Of a stretch of DNA of 64,000 bases, positions 55,301 to 64,000 are shown piece after piece. Numbering within the stretch: the stretch's first letter is position 1; each line of letters starts with the position of its first letter. Source of the stretch: Macrostomum lignano (Eukaryota). The DNA is taken from contig NIVC01002114.1 in NCBI GenBank assembly GCA_002269645.1, positions 1 through 64,000 on the forward strand, in the 5' to 3' direction. The notes under the pieces are model-generated. The model had not been told where the DNA came from and searched no databases. It saw only the letters and a list, made by a program, of their open reading frames with translations. The translations under genes and the position numbers were made by a program.

Positions 55301-55403
55301 CTGGAATTCAGACTGGGGCGAGCGCGGCTTCTTTCGCATACTGCGCGGCAAGGACGAGTGCGGCATTGAGAGCAGCGTTGTGGCCGGCCTGCCGAAAGAT
55401 TGA
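52353..55403 (+). CDS. CTSB: Cathepsin B
   Basis: Exons 52353-52757, 53715-54006, 55081-55403. Signal and propeptide, [10 protein letters not shown] (catalytic Cys), GCNGG, occluding loop [15 protein letters not shown] (His), NSWN (Asn). Confidence 0.97.
52860..53640. repeat. Composite GGGA(A/T)(T/A)CCC minisatellite in CTSB intron 1
   Basis: GAAATCCTGTAACTTTGGGAAACCCCACTGAGATAAGGAAT-type units. Confidence 0.93.
54040..54990. repeat. 30-bp minisatellite in CTSB intron 2
   Basis: TTGTGGCGCCTTCCTGACCCGAGTCACTAA, about 30 copies. Confidence 0.98.
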
Positions 55404-55669
55404 AGGATTTATGACTACAGATAGGATGCAATCTTATGAGACAAGATAATATGATCATCGATATGAGATTAGAGATAAGATAATGATCGATATAAGGTGA
55501 GATAATAATCGATGTGGTGAGAGGCGATAAGATTAAAATTAGAATAGAAAGATTATAAGATGAGGGTTAATGGAATGATATAGAATGAGTTGAGATGAGA
55601 CGCAATGAGGTTAGATGAGAGGCGACGTCGACGAGATAAGATCGGTAGATGAGATAAGATAAGCTGAGA

Positions 55670-56130
55670 ATCGTTAGATGAGATAGGAATCAGTAGATGA
55701 GATGAGAACCAGTAGATGAGATAGGAATCAGTAGATGAAATGAGAATCAGTAGATGAGATAGGAATCAGTAGATGAAATATGAGAATCAGTAGATGAGAT
55801 GAGATGAGAACCAGTAGATGAGATGAGATGAGAATCAGTAGATGAGATGAGATGAGAATCAGTTGATAAGATATGAGAATCAGTAGATGAGATGAGATGA
55901 GAATCAGTTGATGAGATGAGATGAGAATCAGTAGATGAGATGAGATGAGAATCAGTAGATGAGATGAGATGAGAATCAGTAGATGAGAATCAGTTGATGA
56001 GATGAGATGAGAATCAGTAGATGAGATGAGATGAGAACCAGTAGATGAGATGAGATGAGAACCAGTAGATGAGATGAGATGAGAACCAGTAGATGAGATG
56101 AGATGAGAATCAGTAGATGAGATGAGATTG
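55670..56130. repeat. GATGA-rich ~24-bp repeat
   Basis: GAGATGAGATGAGAATCAGTAGAT units. Confidence 0.9.
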
Positions 56131-57279
56131 AAAATTGATAAAGGAAGGTAGTACTAGAGTAGAAAAGATTGGACAAGAATTTGTAGAAGTTGATTCATAT
56201 TTATTCAGCAACGGAGAAATGTCAGACTAGAGTAGCACTACTCTCTCCCCTTTCTCCTTTAGTGTTACAAACACTAAATTGTAACCCTAGAATTCAATAT
56301 TCAATCAGCGTCATTGATTGACTCCGTTCTTACTATACTACGTTCAGCTGATAGCATTAAGTATGAATCTATCATGTTTTTATCCTTATTGCTTATTCAG
56401 ACAGTTGAAATATGCAAACATGCTACTTTAGGTACAGCATGTCTGTTTACGAGTAATAAATAATATTTAATGCTACTATTGATTCTCATATTGAAGCCAA
56501 TAAATGTTTCCAATTTTTGCTAACATTCTCTAAATTAACCGTTTTCTATATCTCTACTTACAGTAATATAAATCGGATGTAGTGTAGGCGTTTTTTGAAA
56601 ACTGGACTCTGCAGTTTTAAATTTCAAAAAAGAAACACCAGCAAGGAATGCGAAAACATTTTTTAAAGAAGAAATAATTGCAGCAGATTAAATCAAAATG
56701 AAATTATTTTGTATATTGGAAATCAGTGACAATTTGATAGCACATTACATTATCCATCTCGGATGAAAAGTACAAATCTCTTCATTAGAATTTCTGCTTT
56801 CAGAGAGAGAGACAGAAATAGACAACAAGAGAGAAAGCTAACACCGCTAGGGACCAGAAAAAAGGTTACTGGGCTGCATAATGCTCGGGCAGAAAGGGGG
56901 GGGAGGGACACGAAGGGAGGGGAAGAGAGTACACACAGCGTTTCCAATTTCCAATCCACTGTGGACTAAGCAAACACAGTTTATGCATTTCCCATGGAGA
57001 GTTGGGGAAGAGAGACAGGCTATGCATGTCTGCAAGTTAGCCATTGACATGATGGGAGTGGATCAAGCAAGCGGAGAACCCCACGCAACTTTCTGCGAAA
57101 TAAAACTAGTGACCGCCGTTTACAAATTCCTGTGTAACTTTTGTGCAGATCAGGGATCGGTAAACTCGCGCAAACCCACATTCGGCCCTCAGGCCCCTGG
57201 TCCATTGAAACTTCACAATAGCAATCCGACCTTTTTGCGTCTCTTCTCTCTAATAATCTTTCGCTTCCCTCCTCTCCTC

Positions 57280-57840
57280 TTCTTTCACTTCTATTCTCTC
57301 CTCTCTCCTCCCTGTCCTCTCTTCTCCTCTCCTCTCTTCTCTCCCTTCTTTCCTCTCCTCTCCCTTCTCTCCCCTCTTCTCCTCTCCCTTCTCTCCTCTC
57401 TTCTCCTCTCCCTTCTCTCCTCTCTTTTCCTCTCCCTTCTCTCCTCTCTTCTCCTCTCCCTTCTCTCCTCTCTTCTCCTCTCCCTTCTCTCCTCTCTTCT
57501 CCTCTCCCTTCTCTCCTCTCTTCTCCTCTCCCTTCTCTCCTCTCTTCTCCTCTCCCTTCTCTCCTCTCTTCTCCCTGTCCTCTCCTCTCTTCTCCTTTTT
57601 CTCCTTTCTTCTCTTCCTTCTCTACTCTCTTCTTTCCTCCTCTTCTCTCCTTCTCTACTCTCCTCTCCTCTCTTCTCTCCTCTCTTCTCCTCTCCCTTCT
57701 CCTCTCCCTTCTCTCTGTCCTCTCCTCTCTTCTCCTTTTTCTCCTTTCTTCTCTTCCTTCTCTATTGTCTTCTTTCCTCCTCTTCTCTCCTTCTCTACTC
57801 TCCTCTCCTCTCTTATCCTCTCCGTTCTCTCCTCACTTCC
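57280..57840. repeat. Pyrimidine-rich (CT) minisatellite
   Basis: CTTCTCTCCTCTCTTCTCCTCTCC units. Confidence 0.93.
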
Positions 57841-58504
57841 TGAGGGGAACTTTCTGCGAGAAAAACTTTGTATTCCCGCATTATACTCGTAGAATTAGAA
57901 AAATGCAGTGTTTTTTGGAACCGGCCTAGCAACAATTTCTGGAACTCCATTGAATTAAGTAATAAAAGTAGTAGTCCGGGCAGCAATGCCTGACTGATAC
58001 AGAACTATGAATATCTCTAATTAATATAGAAATGGATGCAATTTCAGATAATTAACAATATAACTGGACAAATATAGAAAGCAAAAATGATAAATCAGTC
58101 TATCTAGCTATAATAGGATATATTTAGCCCAATAAAATATTAATGCAATTATTGATTAGTACACACGTCTAATGGGAATTAATCAGATCAGGAGAGCCAT
58201 GAATCTGTGTAACCTGCACCGGAAATATTCGACACGATACAAACAGTGGCAGACATAATTTTCAGACGCTGTCAGTTAATGTGCCACTTCTAGACTTTCC
58301 AAACCTGTAGAAATCTTATTTTACAACCCCTGAAGGCTAAAGTCTGAGCTCTGAAGCTTCAGCACTGAACCCGGAAACTTTAAACGTTAAAACCCTGAAG
58401 CTAATATTCTGAACCCCGGAAGCGGATACTCTAAGTCCCTGAAGCTTAAAGACTGAACCCCCTGAAGGTTGAACACTAGTAAATCCATGAACCTTATACT
58501 TACA

Positions 58505-59395
58505 ACTTATGAAGCTTATACTCGGGACACCTGAAGCTTATATTTGGGACACCTGAAGCTTGTACTCGGGACACCTGAAGCTTATATTTGGGACACCTGA
58601 AGCTTATACTCGGGATACCTGAAGCTTATACTCGGGACACCTGAAGCTTATATTCGGGACACCTGAAGCTTATATTCGGGACACCTGAAGCTTATACTCG
58701 GGATACCTGAGGCTTATATTCGGGACACCTGAAGCTTATACTCGGGACACCTGAAGCTTGTATTTGGGACACCTGAAGCTTATACTCGGGATACCTGAGG
58801 CTTATATTTGGGACACCTGAAGCTTATACTCGAGATACCTGAAGCTTAACCACGGAAACCATGAAGATTATACACTGAACCCCTGAAGCTTAAAGTTTGA
58901 AATAACCTTTTTGGGTAGGTGCCATAGCTGAAGTGAAATGAAACACGTTAACCAATAAGAAATCAACATAGTTCATGAAGACAATAAGCATTAGACAATG
59001 TAATACAGTTCATAACATTACACCAGCATGAGAAAGATCCAAGTAGTACGACACGCCCCAGCACCAATACAGATGTGTTCAATTGAAGTACGTAACGTAA
59101 TCGATAGTTAATGAAAGAAATATCAAGTTTTTATTGAAGATGTTCTGTCTTGTCTTGTTAAGAAGCAAATCCTAAACCCCTGTAGCTTAAATCCTGAACC
59201 CCTGTAGCTTAAATCCTGAACCCCTGAAGCTTAAATCCTGAACCCCTGTAGCTTAAATCCTGAACCCCTGAAGCTTAAATCCTAAACCCCTGAAGCTTAA
59301 ATCCTGAACCCCTGAAGCTTAAATCCTGAACCCCTGAAGCTTAAATCCTGAACCCCTGAAGCTTAAATCCTGAACCCCTGAAGTTTAAAAATCCT
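58505..59395. repeat. Two related 22-bp minisatellites (58505-58850, 59170-59395)
   Basis: CTGAAGCTTATACTCGGGACAC and CCCCTGAAGCTTAAATCCTGAA share CTGAAGCTTA. Confidence 0.92.
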
Positions 59396-59631
59396 AAAAC
59401 ACTGAACTTAAGCTTCTTAAAACCCCCGAAGCTCAGACCTCGAACCTCTCCTCGCAGGTCTAAATCTCCAAGGGCAGCCCTAAAATCGCCATATCTGCAA
59501 TGCAGTTGTACTCTTTTTTATCAACTGTTGCTGCACAGAAGCCCAATAAACAACGGGATAAAAAGGGCACGAAGCTCTCCTATTTTTTTGCTTCAAAGAG
59601 AAGCCTTTGTCTGCTTTGGTCCGGGCCAGTG

Positions 59632-60408
59632 TTAAACCGACTCCTCCTCGGACAGGGCGGCCCAGACAAGCGCGGCCGCCAGCAGAGCCGCCAGAGCCGC
59701 AATCGTCAGCGGCTTCCATCGCCGCTGCAGGCCGCCCAGCAGGCCAATCATGAGCGACATCCTGCCAGATTCTTCGTCTTCGTCGGCAGTTCGCTTGCGT
59801 CGGCGTCGCTGCTGTTGCTGTTGTTGCGGCAGGCGACGCAGCAGCGCTGCCTCAGCTTGGCGGGTCGCCGCTTCAGCGGCGGCGGCTGCCGCGGCGTCCG
59901 TCGGCGAGGCTGCCTGACGCCGACGACGCGCCGCGGACAGGTCGGCCTCCTGTCGGCAGCGATCGTCGCAGCTGATCGACGCCGACGACGAGTCTTTGGC
60001 GATCTTTCGACACGGCACGAGGCGTTGGATTCGCCGACAGGGGCAGCGCAACTCGACGGGAGCCTCGCAGTCGGCGGGCAGCGAGTCGCAGGGCCCGGGG
60101 TGGCAGGGCGCGCCGCAGGGGTGGCCGCAGCCTGGTCGGCGGCGCTGGCAGGCGTTCGGGCAGCGCAGCAGGTCGGCGAGCTTGTCCTCGGCGGCATTGG
60201 CGAGCTCCCGACAGGCTCGGCGTAGTTTAGAAGCGCCGCAGTGGCAGCGGATGCTGGCCGACAGTTTGCAGGGCGGACAGGGGCCGCGGTGGCAGGTCAG
60301 CGGGCAGGGGTGACGGCAGGCGGCTGCTGCGGACGCCTGCGGCCTGGACTGCTGGCAGGGCCGCTCGCAGCGATGTCGAGGATCCGCTTCTGAGCCCGCG
60401 GCAGTCAC
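59632..60408 (-). CDS. NFXL1: NF-X1-type zinc finger protein (NFXL1-like), last exon
   Basis: Acceptor TTCTCCACAG at 60409; NF-X1 fingers (C.HPCPLTCHRGPCPPC, CHCG, C.HPCGAPCHPGPC, CPC); C-terminal hydrophobic helix before the stop, as in NFXL1 rather than NFX1. Confidence 0.85.
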   Translation of the reverse strand: MTAAGSEADPRHRCERPCQQSRPQASAAAACRHPCPLTCHRGPCPPCKLSASIRCHCGASKLRRACRELANAAEDKLADLLRCPNACQRRRPGCGHPCGAPCHPGPCDSLPADCEAPVELRCPCRRIQRLVPCRKIAKDSSSASISCDDRCRQEADLSAARRRRQAASPTDAAAAAAAEAATRQAEAALLRRLPQQQQQQRRRRKRTADEDEESGRMSLMIGLLGGLQRRWKPLTIAALAALLAAALVWAALSEEESV

Positions 60409-60498
60409 CTGTGGAGAAGAAAAAAATAATTCGGATCTAAATAGACTAGATGCCGATTTTCGATACATATCGGCATCTGAAAGTTTAGAGCTGTAAGT

Positions 60499-60698
60499 GT
60501 TGTAGCCTATAGCGGTTAGTGTCGGGGATCGGGGTTTGATTCTCGATCCCACTGGAACAATTTGTGTCATTGAGCGAGATACTCTGCATTGCTTCAGTTC
60601 ACCCAGCTGTAAAATGGGTGCCAGCATTAGCTGGGGCAATTGAGGGTGTGTGCGACGACCCCCCCCCCAGTCCTTGGACTGAACAGCCATACGCAGCC
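60499..60698 (+). mobile_element. tRNA-derived SINE with a CORE-like body
   Basis: GTTGTAGCCTATAGCGG..GGTTTGATTCTCGATCCCACTGGA head; TGTGTCATTGAGCGAGATACT..CACCCAGCTGTAAAATGGGTGCC body; same tail as the 42229 copy. Confidence 0.75.
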
Positions 60699-61589
60699 TT
60701 CAGATGCGCCACGCAATAGCTGCGGCTGAGCTGTCGGTTGCACATCTGGGCCAATTGGGGCAGGTGTAATCAATTATTATATTTATTATTATTAATTATA
60801 CACGTGTACAGTGGCCCTGACTCTCGTCACCGGGCGAGAGTCAGATGCGTTACACACAGATTTTTCTACGAGAACACTTTTTAATATTGTTTAGAGCTGG
60901 ATTTACGAAATGTTGGCACTGGCATTATCAACACTTGGCCACGACTTCCACTTCGCCGGTAGGCATGCTTTTACACGCTAGCTACTTCTTTACGGGAGCA
61001 CGAGAATTTCCCGCCGAGGTTTTTTCGCGGGGTTTTTACAGTCGGAAACCCTGCGGGAAATTCTCATAGACCCCTTCTTTACATTTGTAGGCAGGCAAAA
61101 TTCTGAACAAACGACTTAATGCACTGTAGATGAAATTTTTTATCATTTTAACAGCTGTTCCAACACACCCCCCGGAAGTCAGGAACGTCATTTTAGTTAA
61201 TTGAGCAAAAATCACGACCATTTTTTTATTTTAGCATACAAATTTATCCTCGGAGCCTTGGGTTTTGGCCTTCGCAGAAACTGTTCGATTATTATTAATC
61301 TCTCCCTCAATTTCGTGTGATGTTAAAAATAAAACAAACACACTCCATGGCTGCAGGAGAATCAGCGATCCCCCATCCAGCTCTTGAGTAAACGAAGATT
61401 AATCATTAGCCAGCGAGTCTGGAAGCAAACATAAAGGGAGTCAGGGAGTTCCATTTGAAAACATTTGGAGTGGAAGCAGTGACAACTGGTTGAGATTCAT
61501 AATAACAACATTTAATACCTTGAATACCTTAATAATTTGAAGTTGAAAAAAAGAGGGAAGAGTGAGAGGTGGTGAGAGAGACAAAGGAA

Positions 61590-61890
61590 GACACGGATAG
61601 GGACAAGAGTGGGAGGTGGAGAGGGGGACAAAGGGAGACAGATAGGAAGGGACAAGAGTGGGAGATGGAGAGGGGGACAAAGGGAGACACGGATAGGAAG
61701 GGACAAGAGTGGGAGGTGGAGAGGGGGACAAAAGGGAGACACGGATAGGAAGGGACAAGAGTGGGAGGTGGAGAGGGGGACAAAAGGGAGACACGGATAG
61801 GAAAGGACAAGAGTGGGAGGTGGAGAGGGGGACAAAAGGGAGACACGGATAGGAAGGGACAAGAGTGGGAGGTGGAGAGGGGGACAAAGG
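61590..61890. repeat. ~52-bp purine-rich minisatellite
   Basis: ACACGGATAGGAAGGGACAAGAGTGGGAGGTGGAGAGGGGGACAAAAGGGAG units. Confidence 0.9.
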
Positions 61891-62454
61891 GAGAGATGGA
61901 GTGTAATGAGAAAGCTGAGATGAAGGCGTATTAAAACACAGAGTTAAAGTCTGCCGAGCAGCCAGAGGCTTTTGTATTAGGCCACCATGTGAGCTCTCAT
62001 TCCAGTCCCAGTGTACTGAGTACTCCCTGACAGCTTGAAGAGCCCGCGGCCTGCATTGCCCAAAGATAAGAAACAGGCTACAGAGGAATTGAATAGGCGC
62101 GGCCCAAAAAAATCCGACCGAAACTGGCATGTATGGGAGAAACAGCCGAGGCACAAGGCGGTAGAAGAGGCAGCTGATTCAGTATATTTTATCGATCGAA
62201 GCGAAGCAACAGCGGAGCAACACGCTTCGTTAAGCCCACAGCAACAAGCTAGCGCAACTAGTCAAATTGATGAGAGAGAGAAGGCAAGAGGAAAAAGATG
62301 AAGAGATATTTTCTCCCAAGAGGGATTAGCCGTCATGCCGTAACAAGCCTTCCATTTTCCAGGCTAAGTACTTCACCCGAGAGAGATTTGCTGGAAGCGA
62401 AAGAACCCAAAGCAAAGGATTCAACTGGCAAGATTATTAGAAGCCCTTCTTTTT

Positions 62455-62700
62455 GGGACACTGGGATTGAGGATAAATCTAGGGCTATGGGACACTGGGA
62501 TTGAGGATCAATCTAGGGCTATGGGACACTGGGATTGAGGATAAATCTAGGGCTATGGGACACTGGGATTGAGGATCAATCTAAGGCTATGGGACACTGG
62601 GATTGAGGATCAATCTAAGGCTATGGGACACTGGGATTGAGGATCAATCTAAGGCTATGGGACACTGGGATTGAGGATCAATCTAAGGCTATAGGGCACT
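62455..62700. repeat. 34-bp minisatellite
   Basis: GGGACACTGGGATTGAGGATCAATCTAGGGCTAT, about 7 copies. Confidence 0.93.
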
Positions 62701-62983
62701 GGGATAGCGATTTGAATTTGAAGCGGGGCAATTTGCGAGATCTTTCTAATTTTAAAAGAAATAGCTGAACACGCGTTTTGTCTCCCGCACAACTCGGCCA
62801 AGCTCAAAAAGAGGTCTCCAAGTGCGGTGCGCGCGTTCGCAATCCTCATGAAACACCTTGGCCAGCTGAAGGCTTAAGCCAGCCGCATCATCCCTTCACT
62901 TGCCCCATACTCATTCATCCCTGCACCAAATTTGTCCACTACCGAGCTTTGCCTTCAATTTCTAGCCTCTCCCCTCTTCAGTG

Positions 62984-63153
<170 letters not shown>

Positions 63154-63482
63154 GAGAGAATCGGCCTCGTCCTCTTCTGCCCCAGCGCCTGGCAGCCAAC
63201 AGCGTCCATCCAACCCGTCGCCTACTCGTAGATCCAGTTTTCAACTCTCCCCCATCTTTTCCTCTCTCTCCGCCTCTCGCTGAACCAGTTAGAAATAGAA
63301 ATTGTGGCTCACGAACCGACTGACTGTTTTTTTTTCTTCTAAAGAGCGAACAAACAGAAGACGAACGCAGCTATAGCAAAGGTTTCGATTCTTCCTTCTT
63401 TTGCAGCATAGCAAATAGCAGAATCTTCGGCTGGTTAAACCTGGCTAATTCAACCGATTCCTGGATTTGAGAGCGAAGCGAC

Positions 63483-64000
63483 ATGATAACACCGTTAGAT
63501 ACAGCTTGGCAAGTGTACACTTTGGATCGGATTGGAGACAAATTTCAATTGCAAATTGTGCAGCTCTGTGAGAGGCCAGATGCCACCGCCGGTAAGGCAA
63601 TCGCAGGCGTTCTATTTGCATGCTGTGCTATTGGCCTCACTATCAACTGCTTGCTTCTAGCAGCTCTAGCAAGAGGAGCGTTTCGAACAACCACAACAGC
63701 AGCTCTGCTAGCCTGGACAGCAATCGTGGATGCGGCAAGTCTTCTAACAATTTGTCTGCCCCTAGCAACTACTACAATAATAACATGGTCTGCAAGAGAT
63801 TTACACCTGTGCCGAGCGTTGCCCTATCTGCAATTGAGCACTCACTCCTGTCAAGCGGGGGCGTATTGTCTGCTGGTTATAGAACGGTTGCTAGGCAACT
63901 GCAGACGCCAATCTCGGTGTTGTCTAGCAACTTCGTTAATTATATCGGCTGTATTATTAATAATTCACCTGCCAATGCTGCCCGATCTGGCACTAGTGCC
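63483..64000 (+). CDS. Class A (rhodopsin-like) GPCR, TM1-TM4; 3'-truncated by the window
   Basis: Open frame from ATG 63483 to the window end: ..AIAGVLFACCAIGLTINCLLLAAL (TM1 Asn), ALLAWTAIVDAASLL (TM2 Asp), LCRALPYL..CLLVIERL (TM3 Cys plus E-R-L), then ..LIISAVLLIIHLPML (TM4). Absent from the ORF track. Confidence 0.8.
   Translation, partial: MITPLDTAWQVYTLDRIGDKFQLQIVQLCERPDATAGKAIAGVLFACCAIGLTINCLLLAALARGAFRTTTTAALLAWTAIVDAASLLTICLPLATTTIITWSARDLHLCRALPYLQLSTHSCQAGAYCLLVIERLLGNCRRQSRCCLATSLIISAVLLIIHLPMLPDLALV

Noticed and set aside
59500-60313. Plus-strand ORFs overlapping the NFXL1 exon
   Set aside because: Antisense shadows of a GC-rich coding exon.

Overview
Eukaryotic (animal) genomic DNA with spliceosomal introns, GC-rich exons, and introns packed with mini/microsatellites and transposons. 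The style suggests a free-living flatworm such as Macrostomum; this is an inference, not shown by the sequence. Host genes: NDUFS4 (-); a 17-exon IA-2/phogrin receptor pseudophosphatase (PTPRN-like, +); a secreted PAN + F-type lectin gene (-); four secreted signal-WSC-WSC genes (two +, two -); cathepsin B (+); the last exon of an NFXL1-like gene (-); and the start of a class A GPCR that the ORF track missed. Mobile DNA: a decayed Polinton/Maverick virion module (capsid, protease, packaging ATPase); a piggyBac whose transposase is interrupted only by a young TRIM-like LTR element; an RTE-like LINE; hAT-, MULE- and TA-type MITEs; tRNA-derived SINEs; a CpG-decayed Gypsy integrase relic; and an intron-containing Crypton-like tyrosine recombinase inside ~120-bp inverted repeats with an 8-bp target duplication. 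Most notable: the recombinase element and the recurring CCATAGAC motif with two unrelated 49-bp arrays, the WSC/lectin cluster, a MITE that duplicated a splice donor, and an NDUFS4 first coding exon with no ATG. All coordinates were read by eye and may be off by a few bases.
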